Positions 40,452-53,101 of a DNA stretch of 64,000 bases are shown one piece after another (positions within the stretch are counted from its first letter, which is position 1; each line of letters opens with the position of its first letter). A program made the translations under genes and the position numbers. Source of the DNA: Protoeuglena noctilucae (taxonomy: Eukaryota); assembly GCA_958009085.1 (NCBI GenBank), contig OY253677.1:620001-684000 (forward strand), read 5' to 3'. The notes beneath the pieces were generated by a model. The model was given only the letters and a program-made list of their open reading frames with translations. It ran no database searches and was not told the DNA's origin.

Positions 40452-43400
40452 ATGGCGCTGTCCGCCTCGGCAGCGGCGAGGGCCGGCCCTCCCGGCGTCT
40501 CCGGGAGGTGTCGCCCCGATGGCCCTGATGCCGGCGCGATGAGCTGTCGTGTGGGCACATCACGGGCAGCGGCGGGGGACGCGCACGCCAGGTGGGTCGG
40601 CTCTGCTCCCGACAGCCCCATCCGAAGGCGAGGAACGGGCGAGGCCGCTCTGCCCTCTTGCCCATGCGTGACTGAAGCATAAGTTCACTAGGTCGTTGCT
40701 GCCGCGCGGAAAGGCCGGTCGGCACCGGAGGGGCGCGGCACTCGCACCTTCTCGCCGTCCCATTGATTGCGCCCGCCTGCCGCCCTGTGAGTCAAGCAAC
40801 GTTGGGTAACCTGCCCCTCCCGCGCCTTCTCGCAGCCATCCTTTGCTGCAGCGGCGGGGACCGCGTCAGGGACCGGTGTTGTCCGCCGGGAGGGGCGAGG
40901 ACGTGGCGGCTGGGCCTCGGCCGGACTTGGAAGGCCTGCTCGAGCGTGATGGCGAGTCCCCTGCGCGCGAGATGATTAGATCAATCTTCCCGCTCGCGTC
41001 TCGCGTTCCACCGCCCGCGGAAAGGTCGTGCCGGGACGCTTCAACACGCTCCTGTGTGCAAACTCGCAGGCCCGGAGCCGTCGGCGGCGCGGCGGGCGTG
41101 GCCGACTCGTCTGGCGAAGACTGCGCTTTACGCCACGGCAACTGTCGCGGCGGGCTTGGCCACTTCGCTCCTCAGGCCGGGGCACGCCTTTGCAGCCCCT
41201 GCTTCGTCGACCAAGACGACCAAGACGACCGCCCCGGCGACCAAGGCGCGTTCGATTTCTCTTATTTATATCCCTGACCATAACATGCATCTGTAGAAAG
41301 GGCCCCGGGGCGGCCAGGCTCGCCCAGCGCTGCAGGCTTGGAAGGCATAGGGTGCATGTGTGTGGCCTATCGCATGACCTCGTTCCGTGCTCTGTCGCAG
41401 GAAACGGAGGAGAAGAAGTTCGTATCGACGACGGAGATCGTGCAGGCGGGCGAGAGGATGATCAAGAAGGACCCACGCAAGGCAGAGGTGCGTGGCGGTG
41501 GGGCATGGGCGGGGTGCGGATATGGTGTGGGGTGTTGAGTGGCATGGATTGGGTGGAGTGTGTACTCGCATCTGATCATCTCGCTCGCGCCCGCAGCTTG
41601 CATCTTATCTGCCTGCCCTTGCCCCCACTCGCACCTCACCTCCCCACCCCCACCCCCGCCCGCAGCGCTACCGCCCCTTCAAGGGCAACAAGGTCGACGT
41701 GACCAAGCCCGCCCAGCAGGGCATCCCCGACCCGACGGACGTGCCCCAAACGGAGGAAGAATTCAAAAAGCGCATCGCGGACATGCGCATGCAGGAGCCC
41801 CTCACGGTCTGGCGCGTCGACCGACTCCGCCAGATGACCTACACGCAGCTGTGGAAGCTCGTGGGGGCGGGGCACGTGGACTGGGTGCAGCCGACCATGG
41901 ACCAGCGGAGCTTGGTCGTGCGCACGCGGGACAGGTGAGGGTTGGGGTATGGGGGTGGGTGTGGGGGACAGGTGGGGGGTAACACAGAGTAGTGCACACG
42001 CGGGACAAGTGAGTGGGGTTTGGGGTGGGAGTAGCGCCCGCTGGCTGACTACCCGCACCCACATGCCTCACCCTCACCCACACCCCCACCAACACCCTCA
42101 ACCTCACCCACCCACCCCCGCAGCGCCCCCGGCGGCGCCCGCACCGAGCGCGTGGGCATGCCCTACGACGAGGAGCTCTTCGACCACTTGCTGTCCAATG
42201 GAGTCGAAGTGCGGTCTCCCTACAACAACCCCTGGCTCCCCGTGATGAATGCCCTCGCCCGTCTCCTGCTGCCCTTCCTCTTCTCGGTGTGGCTCGTGCA
42301 GATCGCGTTCCGGCTGGGGCGAAAGAAGAAGAGGGACAAGGCGAGGGGGGTGGGGGTGGGGTGGTGGTAGTGGTGGTGTGCATGATTGAGAGGTGGAGGA
42401 GAGGGACAAGGCGAGGGGGGTTAAGTGGGTGGGGTGTTGGAGGTGGTGGTGGTAGTGCATGATTGAGAGGAGAAGCAGAGGGACAAGGCGAGTGGGGGGT
42501 GCAGAAGGGGTAGTGGAGTAGAATGAGCGAGAGATGGGGGACGAGGCGGCATGGGGTGCAGTCCTGCTCTCTCCTTTCAACCCTCGAGCTTCCCAACACC
42601 CACTCCTCTCCCCTCACTCCCCCTCCCCCGCAGCTCTTTGGCGGTGCGCGCATGGAGATGGTCAAGGGGCTGGGCGTGTCGTTCGACGACGTGGCCGGCA
42701 TCGACGAGGTCAAGGCCGAGGTGAGGAAGGGGTTCGACCGCAGTTACGACATTCTCAGCTAGGCTATTGGATGTTCAGGCCTTGATTTCGCCCGCTCTCC
42801 CCTCCCCACGCCTCGCATAACGATTATCGCCTTCCCCTCACCCCCACGCCTCGCCCGTGCCCCCAGATTATGGAGGTGGTGCAGTTCCTCCGCGACCCCG
42901 AGCGATTCCTGTCGCTCGGCGCCCGCTCCCCCGCCGGCGTCCTCCTGGTCGGGCCCCCCGGCACCGGTAAAACCCTGCTCGCGAAGGCGATCGCGGGCGA
43001 GGCCGGCGTGCCGTTCTTCTCCGTCGCCGGCACGGAATTTATGGAAATGTTCGTCGGCGTCGGCGCGTCGCGCGTCCGCGACATGTTCGAGAAGGCCCGG
43101 AAGAACGCCCCGTGCATCCTCTTTATCGACGAGTTCGACGGCATCGGGAAGGCGCGCGACGACTCGGGCTTCGGGAACGACGAGGGCGTCACGACGGTCA
43201 ACCAGCTGCTGACGGAGATGGACGGCTTCGACGACAACACGGGCGTGGTGGTCATGGCGGCGACCAACCGCCCCGCGGCTTTGGACAAGGCCCTGACGCG
43301 CCCGGGACGCTTCGATCGCGTCATTCACCTCCCGCTCCCGAACGTGGAGGGCCGCGAGGCGATCCTGCAGGTCCACGCGCGCGGCAAGACCGTCGACCCG

Positions 43401-44765
43401 TCCCTCGATTGGAATCGCATGGCCCGCGCCACGGCCGGCTTCACCGGAGCGGAGCTCATGAACCTCATGAACGCGGCCGCGATTCAGGCGGTGCGCGACG
43501 GCCGCACGGTGATCAACGAGGAGATCCTGCTCAAGGCGCTCGACCGTGTCATGGAGGAGCGGCATGCGAGGCGCACCGCTGCGGCCAGCATCCAGCGCGA
43601 GTTTGCGGAGGACGCCGTTCCGCCGCTGCTGCGCCGGCAGGTGGCCGTGTACGAGGCGTCCAAGGCCCTGGTCGCGTACATGACGCCCGACTTTGACGAA
43701 GTGGCCAAAGTGCAGTGCTGCCCCGGGGGCCTGGTCACGGGCCAGACGTACCTGATCCCTCAGGAGATCCACCTCGAGGTTCCCGTGTTCACGCGGGGGT
43801 ACCTGGAGGCCAAGATCGTGATGCTGCTCGCGGGGCGGTGCGGGGAGCGACTGGCGCTGGGGGACGAGGCGCTCTCGACCGCCGGGCTGGGCGACGCGAG
43901 GGCAGCGAACGACCTCGCGCGGCAGATGGTGCTGCGGTACGCGTTCAACAGCCGGCTGGGACCGATGGTCTTCGTCGACCCGACCGCCAAGAGCTACCTC
44001 AAGAGCGAGCAGTACCAGCCCTACATCGACATGTCGGCCCCCCTCGCACGGGCCGCGTTGCAGGACATAACCGAGATCCTCGAGTCTGCCCAGGCCAAGG
44101 CGTTCTACGGGCTGGCGATGAACTGGCGCGCGCTCAACGCGCTGACCGACGCCCTCATGACGAAAGACACGATCGTGAGGGAGGAGCTGGAGAGGATCTT
44201 CGAGGCCAGCGGCGTCAGGAAGTTCCGCGACGATGCGCTGGAGGGGTTCGGGTGAGGATGGGGGGTTGTGGTTGGGATGATGGGTGGGTGCGAGGGGGTC
44301 GGTGGGGTGGGAGCGAGGGGTGGGGGATGTGCGAGGGGGTGCGGGTGGTGCAGAGTTGGGCGTGCATGACATCTGACACTAGTGAATGGGGTAGCACTGC
44401 AGTAGTGCTGAGCTAGTAGGGTTTGGCTGTTGGGAGAGACCCATCTCTTGCCCATCTGGTGCTCCCCTTGCACCGCATCATAGCGACAGGTGTGTCTTCG
44501 CCCATCTGTTCCTATCCCCAACTGCCCACGCCCCCGCACTGCTCCCCGCCATCGCAGTTGGGATGAGCAAGGCAGGGTCGTGTACCCCAAGGAAGAAGCG
44601 CTGGCGGAGAGTCGGGCGTTGGACGGCGTGCGGAGGGACGTGCGGGGACCTGGGGCAAAGAACAGGATGCCCTTCCGTCTCACGCTGCGGGGGGAGGACA
44701 TCGCTGACATCGACCGCATCATCGCGGCCAGCAGCAAGGCGGCGGCTAGCGGGCCACTCAACTGA
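40452..44765 (+). CDS. Plastid FtsH-like AAA protein lacking the HEXXH zinc motif (FtsHi-like)
   Basis: Putative transit peptide and transmembrane segment, [28 protein letters not shown] and RPGRFDR. The M41 region reads [11 protein letters not shown] instead of HEAGH. The start and first donor are uncertain. Confidence 0.85.
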
Positions 44766-45067
44766 CGCTGGCTGCATGATGCGGCACGCAGCGAGGCAGC
44801 AAGGCGGCAGCGAATGGGCCTTTGAACTGAGCGACCCCGGCGCAGTGCGGTGTCGCAACAGGGGTTTGGTGGTTGGCGACATGGAGTTTGAACTGAGTCG
44901 AGCACTGCTGGGCGACGTGGGGAAGTAGCTGCACACGCTTTGGCCATGGAAGCGCTGACGTGCACCGTCGGGCAGCAGATCGTTTCAAGAGTATGAAGAG
45001 TACACAGGCAGAGTACAGCAAGTGTTGCAAAGCATCCGAATCACAGATGTGAGTAAGGGTGGCTACG

Positions 45068-46556
45068 TCAAGACACCATAACATCTGGTTCCCCCTCTCC
45101 CCGCCTCCGCAAGCCCCTCGCTGCCCTCCCCCCTTCGCCCCCCACATCCTCCCCGCGCCCTTGCAACCCCCCGTCCACCCCACCCCCCCACGGCGCAACC
45201 CCCGCCGCCGCCCCCGCCCCTGCCCTCACCCCCCGTGGGCTGTTGCCCCCAGACACAGAGCACGTGGACTCGCTCCCTGACTCAGCCGCGTCAGAAACGC
45301 GGTCCGAGGCGCCCTCGGACGCCTTGTCACCCCCAGCTGCCCCCCGCTCCGCCTTCGTTTGAAACTCTGCCAGTGTCGGAGCCCCGTGGGTGGCGCTGTG
45401 GACCATAGCGTCGTAAGCCGGGTGCATCGTGGACATCCAACGGTCCCAGTGCGTGAAGTAGAGGCTGCGGGGGTCGGGGATTGGGTGGGGAGCGTTACTG
45501 TCACTGTCACAGGGTCGAGCCCCGGTGCTGTGGGGTAAGGGATAATAAACATGTCACAGCAGCAAGCAGCTATACACTGCATATATGTCGACCCGCCACC
45601 CATCGCTTCGCTCGCTACCCAAACCCCACAGCACGTCCCCGCCGCACCTGAAATGCTTGTTGGGGAATCGATGGTGCATGTCGTGGTGCTGTACGGTGTT
45701 GAGGCCGGGGTGGGGCTTCCCGCGCCCGATCACGAGGGCCGCGAGGCCGGCGAGCGTGGGAACAAACGGCGCCAATTCGTACCCGCAGTGGCCCCCGTTG
45801 TGGATGACGGTAGCAAAGAGGTGGTAGGCGCGGTGCAGGCGGTGGTGGATGGGGAACAGGAAGGTGACGATGATCTCGTTCGCGAACACCAGGGCCGCCT
45901 CTACCCAATGGAAGCTGTAGCCGGTGTATGCCGTGGGGATGGAGGATTGGTGGTGCATGAGGTGGACGCGGCGCATGAGGGGGCCCCAGTGAAGCAATCG
46001 GTGCGTCCAGTAGAACCATGTGTCATGGAGGTAGTCCAGCGCCACGACGCAGGCCGCCAAGTACAGCCACGCGCGCACGCCCGACACCGGCCCACCGTAC
46101 ATCTGCGGAGGTGCAGGTGGGTGGGGGCGATGTTTGAGGCCCGGCGAGGCGATGTGGGCGGTGCATGTAATAATCACGGCTTTCATTGGCTCGCCTTGTT
46201 CAGGCCGCGGTGGTAGAGCTCCTCCGCGATGGCCAGAATGCACGCCTTGACGAGATTGGAGGTCAGGGCACGTCGGGCGTCCCGCAGGCGCTGGCCCTGC
46301 GGAGATGGCAAGCCAAGGTGTCTGTAAGAGCAAGCGGGCGGAGCGGGCGGCGAAGTGAGCCGCGCGCACGGGCGACCCAACTCACCGAGGGTTGTGGGGC
46401 GACCTGCACGGACTTGGGGCTTGCGAGGCGCGGCAGGATAGAGTCCAGGAGAAACGCGGAGCCGTAGTACGCGATCAGGCTCTGCGCGTAGGCCCGGCCA
46501 ACCGACCCCGCGAACCGCAGCCCGCCGGCCATCACCTCGTCCCACGCACCCGCCAT
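45068..46556 (-). CDS. Sterol desaturase / fatty-acid hydroxylase superfamily membrane protein (C5-desaturase-like)
   Basis: His boxes HDTWFYWTHRLLH, VHLMHHQS, HNGGHCGYE and HHDMHHRF, then SLYFTHWDRWMST. Confidence 0.88.
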
Positions 46557-47332
46557 CCGCCCGCTGCAGGGGGATAAACGGGGTGGAGATGCTTGCCGCG
46601 CGTAGACAGCGATACGCTCGCTGCGTTGACGAACTATCTCGGCGCAGCAGCCGCCTGCGCGCCCCAGCCCATCCGATTAGATGAGCTGCCCGTGGCAGCC
46701 CTGGTGCGCGCTGTCCCGGCATCCACACGAGCGCCACAGAGGCGCGATGGACAATTGAGACTCTGAGTTATTATGCGCACCACGCCTAGCGCAATGCGCA
46801 GCGCCTCTGCGGCCCCCGGGCCCCGTCGCCAGCGCAGGAAGCCGAAGGGACCCGCAGCAGGGGCCGAGGAGTCCGGCCGTCGGGACCAAGCGCCGACTAG
46901 CCAGCGTCGGAAACACACCTGGAGGCTGTCACAGGGGCGCGGGGTGGCTTCAGCTGCGCCAAGAGATGGGCACAAGTCAGTGGGAGCCACACGGAATGGG
47001 ACGCAGCGAGCCACGCATCGCAGGCATCGCATTTACACATGTTGGTGGCATGGCTACGTCCTCGTCTGCGAAGGCTCGTCGGGCAGTCGAGTCAGGGCTT
47101 GTCAGGGATCTGGGGAGCGCTCAAACAACGGCTCTGCGCCACATTCTCGCTACTGGATTGCCTGTAGTGCATGGGGGAGGACCGCCGCCGCTGCCGCGCT
47201 TTCATTCGACGGACTCAGTCAGGACAGCCCAACCCCACAGTCCATTTCGGCCCTTCGCGCGGTCATCGGTGGATACGATCTGACTGAGGGCGTGGGCGGC
47301 CTGTCGGCGGAGGCGGTGGCGGGGGGCGGACG

Positions 47333-50300
47333 ATGGGCGCGGTGCTGCCGGCCAAGGACGAAAAGCGCTTCAGGTGACACAGACGGCGGCAGCGATGCGC
47401 CGAGCTTTGTGTATTGAACAACGTGGGGAGACGGGCTGGACCCCGGGTCGACCGGCGGCCGAGACTCGACCCCCGCGTTCTCCTGGGCGCCTCTTTCGCC
47501 GCGATCCAAATTCAAACAGCTTTTTCGTATGTTGATTATGAAGCGCGCGCCTTGCACACGTTGCCGGAGCGAGCCGCGGGGGCCGCGAAGAGACTCGGGT
47601 GCAGGCCTCGCTCCCCCCGCCCTCCCCGCGCCTCCACGCGTCCCCGCGCGGTAGCTCTGAGGAATACATCCTGATGCGATGCCTGCTGCACCCCGGGTCG
47701 CGCATGAGCCCGCTCGCACTCGGCCCAGGGCGACCGGCCGCCACGCGCGCCATCCGCAGGGAAGTGCTCCGGCTGTACGAGTCCAAGCTGTACAAAAAGG
47801 GCTTGAAGGCCGCGGACAAGCTTTTGAAGGACTACCCTACGCACGCGGGCACGCTCTCGCTCAAGGGCCTCATCCTGGCCAACGAGCGGCACCCGGAGCG
47901 ATGCGACGAGGCGCACCAGCTCTGCCGCGAGGCGCTGCGCCTCGACATCAAGAGCCACATGTCGTGGCACATCTTTGGACTCCTCCACAAGCTCGAGCGC
48001 AATTACAAGGAGGCCATTAAGTGCTATGCGACGGCCATGCGCATCAACCCTGATAACCAGCAAGTCGTCCGCGACCTCTCCCTCCTCCAGATCCAGGTGC
48101 GTTGTGCGGGTGGTGCTTAGAGTTACAGACTCTCGGAGGCCGGGCCTTTGTCGCAGCCCAAAGGCACGTGCGTCTCCTTAGCCATGCTGAAGCGTGCCTC
48201 CCTCACCCTATATGCACAAGAGAGATGCCCATTCGTCATCCCCGTTGCTTATCTGCAGGACAGAGACTTGGACGGTTTCCTGGCGACTCGGCAGGCGATG
48301 CTCAACGCCCGCGCGAACGTGAACGTGCACTGGGTGGGCGTGGCTGTGGCACACCACCTGTGCGGCAACCACGACATGGCGCTGCAGGTCCTGGACCTGT
48401 ACAAGTCCGTCACCAGCGACGCCAAGGAGGGGGCCGAGGACGAGGCGTTTGAGGCGTCCGAGGTAAGCGCTTTTTGTTAGCGAGGAGTGTAGCCATCGTT
48501 ACCCAGTGCGGGTGCCCAGGGTGGGTTTACATGGGTTACGGTTCTGGCGCATCAACACTGCTTCCAATCTCACTCTTTGCTTCCCACTCAGCACCGACTC
48601 CCTCATCACACGCACCCTCACACCGCACACTGCACACACAGCCCTCCCCCAACCTCCCCCCCTCCCTGCAGACGGTGCTGTACCGCGCCCAGGTCCTGGA
48701 GGAGTCCGGGAAGGTCACCGAGGCCCTCCAGCTCCTCACAGACTCGGACGCTGTCATCGTGGACCGACTGGGGCTGCAAGAGACACGCGCATCGCTGTTG
48801 CTGCAAAAGGGCGACGCCGCTGCGGCCGCTGACACCTACCGCCAGCTCCTCGACCTCAACCCGGAGAACTATCGCTACCACGAGGGCCTGCGAGCGGCGT
48901 TGGGGCAGCAGGGTGACGGCGCGTCGACCAGCGGACTCACCGACCTGTACAGGGAGCTTCAAAAGGCGCACCCCCGCAGCAACGCGTGCCGGCGCATCCC
49001 GCTCGACTTCCTGAGTGGGGCGGAGTTCGAGTCCGCAGCGGCGGAGTACGCGGGGCCGTACTTGGACCGTGGTATACCCTCGCTGTTTGTGGCGCTCCGG
49101 CCGCTTTACGAGGACCGGGCCAAGGCCGAGGCACTGGGGCGGCTCGCGAGGGGGTGGGTCGACGGGTCGACCGGGGAGCGCCGCGTGTGGGCGCAGCTGT
49201 TTCTGGCACAGCATCTGGCGCACGTGGGGGATCCCGAGGGGGCGCTGGCGGTGCTGGGGGAGGCGGTGGCGGCCGCGCCGGGGACCATCGAGCTGCGGAG
49301 CTGCCGGGCGGACGTGCTGGCGGCGGTGGGGGACAAGCACGGGGCCGTCAGCGAGGCAGACGTGAGTGCTGAGGGTTGGGGGTGCGCTGGGGATGGGTGA
49401 TGCGATGGCGATGCGCTGGGTTTTGTTTGTTTGCTTGCGAGTGGCATGTGGGTTAGCGTGCCGTGCTCCTCCTCCACGCACACCTAACCCCCATTCTCGC
49501 CTCCAAACCCCACTCCACCCCTCTCGCACCCTTTGCTCCACACCCCCCCGTACCCACCGCACCCCACCACCACCACCACCACCCAACCCCCACTACCCAC
49601 CCCACCACGCCCCTCAAAGTTGGTCCGGGGCCTTCCCTCCATGGCCCTCGGCACCCGTTCCCTGGGGCCAGAAACGGCGGCGCGTCGCCGGCCTAGGAAA
49701 CCGACGGCGCGCCTGAGCCCCGCTATCTCGGCCGGGCGACTCGACACGCCCGGCTGGGACTCTGTGGCTCGCACATGCCACACCCGGTTTGCACACTGTG
49801 GTGTTGTGGTGTGCTGTGCGTACTGCTGTACCTAGTGTGCTGTAGTACTACGCACGCACCCGCACCCGCGCACGTGCGCCCGTCTCTGTGACCTGTCCAT
49901 CGCTGCGATCAGACCACCACCCACACCACGCCCCTCCCCACCCTCCCAGGCGGCACGTGAGATGGACCTGCAGGACCGATACCTGAACTGCGCGGCCGTG
50001 AAGCACATGTTTGCTGCCGGGGAGGTCGAGCGAGGCGAGGCCGTCGCCGGCCTCTTCACCAAGGAGGGCAACGGGCTGAACAACCTCTACGCGATGCAAG
50101 CGACGTGGTACGAGACCAGCTGCGGGCGGGGCCACCTGTCCCGCGGCGAGTTTGGTTTGGCTCTCAAGAAGCTCATGTCGGTATTCAAGCACTTTTCGGA
50201 CTATATCGAGGACCAGTACGACTTCCACACGTACTGCCTGCGCAAGATGACGCTGAGGGCGTACGTGGACATGCTGCGCATGGTGGACGGGATCTACGGT

Positions 50301-51974
50301 CAGGGGGAGTTTCACGAGGCGGCGAGGGTCGCGTGCGGGGCGCTGGTGGAGGTGGCGGACCGGCCGGAGCTACGGAGGTCGCCGGAGGAGGTGGAGGAGG
50401 CGAAACTGGCGGGGATGAGCAAGGTGAGGGGGGGTGGGGTGGGGTGGGGTGGGTGATGAGGGTTGTAGTGACCCCGGTGAGGGGATGCGCCGTCGCAAGG
50501 CGCCTCTTATCGTCACACAGCTGCTGCTGCAGTGCGCATAGCATCTCCTGGCATCTTACACCCCACAGTGTTACGCGCCTATTGCAACGCACACTCCGCA
50601 CACTACCCATTGTGACACAGACCCCTTACCCTCACCCCCTCCACCCTCCCCAGGCCGAGCGCAAGGAGTACCGCAAGGCCAAGGCCGAGGAGGAGGAGCA
50701 GCGTCGTCGCAACAAGCCGGGACATGGCCCCGCGCCCTGGGGCCCTCGCGATAAAGCAGACGAGGACCCCGACGGTCAGCGGTGGCTCCACGCGCACGAC
50801 CCATTGGAGGAAGCGGCGGTGTTGGTGGACCGCATGCGGCAGTTCTGCAGGGATCGGATCGGGACGCACGTGGCGGCGTTCGAGGTGCACTTGAGGCGGG
50901 GAAGCGGCTGCTGGCGCTGCAGGCGGTGAGGGAGGCGGTCAGGGTCGGGGGCGAGGGGTGCGTGGAGGTGGTGGCGATGGCGGCGCGGCTCGCGGTGCAC
51001 GTGCGGGGCGGGGCGGCGGGCGCGGCGGTGGCGAACGGGGGGGAGGGGGACGGGCGGGGGGCGGCGGTGGAGGCGGTGCTGGTGGAGGGGGTGGCGGCGC
51101 TGGTGGGGGCGGACGCGGGGGCGTACGTGCAGGCGTGGGGTGCCAAGCACGGGGAGGCGTCGGTGGAGCACGCGGCGAGGTTGGCCGAGGTGAGGGGGGC
51201 GAGGGGGGCAGGGCTGTGATTGGGGGCTGTGATTGGGGTGTGACTGGTTACAGTGTTGCGTTTGGCTGAGAAGAGCGGGTGGGGCTAATGGTGCTCTGCA
51301 GTCAAGTAGTACTAGCAATGGGCGAGGGTTGCCGGCGATGTGAGGGGTGCACGCTTGCTTGCTTGCTCGCGTCATTACAGACTAGCATACATAGTGCCGG
51401 TCGCCACCCCAGCCTCTCTCCCTCACTTCTTCACCTCTCTCCCTCTCCCCTACCCAGGCGCGGGTGGTGACGGGGACGCCCGTAGCGGAGGCAGTGCGGC
51501 CTCTGCTGGACCCCAAATGGCTTGCCCAGTGCGGTGACGCGGATGTGGGGCGCTTCGAGGCGCTTCACCGGGACTTGACGCTCGGCACATCCAGGCTCCA
51601 CTGCCCAGAGGCCGCCGAGGAGTTTTGGAAGCAGGTGAGATAACCGTGGGGGCATGTGAGGCAGTAGGTGGTGGGGGAGGGGACTCTACAGACGATGCGG
51701 TTTGCGGTAGTGTGGCATTCGCAGGCCGCCTGTACCTTATACTACCCTGGTGGCAATTGCTGGCCCTTTGTTCTTGATCTGAATTGCTGTACTTAGGTGA
51801 ACCGTGGCTCCCTCTGGCGTTTCGCAGTGCCAGAAGCGATTCCGTCGCAGCACGTACTTTGGGGGCGAGCTGGCGGCGCCGCGGCAGCCGTGGACCCGGG
51901 GAGGCGCGGGCGGCAAGGCCGACGTGGCGGATAAGATGGCAGGGCTCGCGCTGAGCGGCTCCAAAGGATCGTGA
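47333..51974 (+). CDS. NAA15: NatA auxiliary subunit NAA15 (TPR); apparent 1-nt frameshift at ~50900
   Basis: MGAVLPAKDEKRFR|EVLRLYESKLYKKGLK, SHMSWHIFGL, RDLSLLQIQ, MDLQDRYLN, DQYDFHTYCLRKMTLRAY and DEDPDG. Confidence 0.95.
49617..49800. ncRNA. Candidate structured RNA (four hairpins plus closing helix) inside an NAA15 intron; family unassigned
   Basis: Helices visible by eye: 49626-31/49717-22, 49642-47/49665-70, 49679-87/49705-13, 49730-38/49747-55 and 49763-68/49777-82. Confidence 0.35.
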
Positions 51975-52111
51975 ATGCTGGCTGGGTTGATAATTGATGG
52001 GATGCCGTGCTGTGACCGGGGCTGGCGGGGCGTACGAGAGTGTGGGTTGGCAGAGCCAGAGCCGGCGGGGCACTGTCGAGCGTTTAAACAATTTGAAATA
52101 CACTGCCGTGT

Positions 52112-53101
52112 CTAGTGCGCTGGACGGAGGAACCGCAAACGCGAGAAAAGAAAGGGTTTGAGGGAGGGCCGTAGAGGGAGGAACGGGCCAGGAAAGGAAG
52201 TAAGGTAGCTTGCGTTCACTGCCGCAGTTGGCTCGCCGTGCTGCTGCGCTTGGAGACGGTCGACTCGTGCCGCGCTCCCCTGCCGGCCGTGGCCAGGGCA
52301 TCCAACGCCGCCTGGCGCGTCCTCTGCGGACGGCAAGTCTTCCGCTTTCGAGGCTTGCGGGAGCCTCCGCCGCTGGCAGGTAGCATCACATGACAAATAT
52401 AAACTCACTTTGGGGATCTTGGCCAGCACCGCGAGCTCCTGCGTGAGCTTCTCGTGCGCCCTCCAGTGGTGGCCAGGAAGCACCGTAAACAGGTTCTGTC
52501 GCTGGTGTTCCACCGCGCTCGTCGCCATACCGTTCACGCGCCCCTTGGTCGGGCTCAGGGAGCGGTAGTCGAAGCTCGGCGGCACCCACCCTGCGCGCGG
52601 CAAACATGCAGGGGCCTCGCGCGGCGCCCCGCGCGGGCGTCGCAACGCCCGATGCGTTCGAGAGCGAACAAATTTGAACTATCATCGCCAGGAGACCATC
52701 AAACGCGACAGATATCGTCCCAGAGAGCCCCGCGGAGGGGCATGCAGCAGCGGTTTCATGATGACTGCGCTCCGCTGTGAGCCGCGAGGCAGGTGAGCCG
52801 CGAGGCAGGAAAGCCGGCGGCGTACGATCCATGGCAACGCACCGATGTCACCGGGCCGCAGGCCACGGTGCGGCGTGGAGTACATGGCTCGATACTCGAC
52901 GTAGCCCACCCCCGCCAGGCCACGCTGGCTGTCCTTGACGCCGAACATGTGCATGCCCCCCTGTCTCTTGGCCACCGTCTCGGTCAAGGGCGCGGCTGCC
53001 ACGTCGTCCGGGCTCGATGCTCTGTCCTCGCTGGCGCTGCTGGCGGTGCCGCGCGCGGGGCTCCGCAGCGGCGGCAGGCTCGGGACCGCTGAGGTCGCCA
53101 T
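52112..53101 (-). CDS. Hypothetical spliced protein
   Basis: Protein-like segments MATSAVPSLPPLRSP..GVGYVEYRAMYSTP, GWVPPSFDYRSLSP..LAKIPK| and RRRLPQ.., with plausible GT/AG borders. No family recognised, and the 3' end is uncertain. Confidence 0.5.

Noticed and set aside
42759..44372. 537-aa antisense ORF (and similar antisense ORFs over PRORP, NAA15 and the kinase)
   Set aside because: Shadow ORFs of GC3-rich coding exons on the opposite strand.
49617..49800. TPP riboswitch, hammerhead, HDV ribozyme or tRNA identity for the intronic structure
   Set aside because: The required motifs (CUGAGA and AACCUGAU; CUGANGA; nested double pseudoknot; TTCRA/B-box) are not present.
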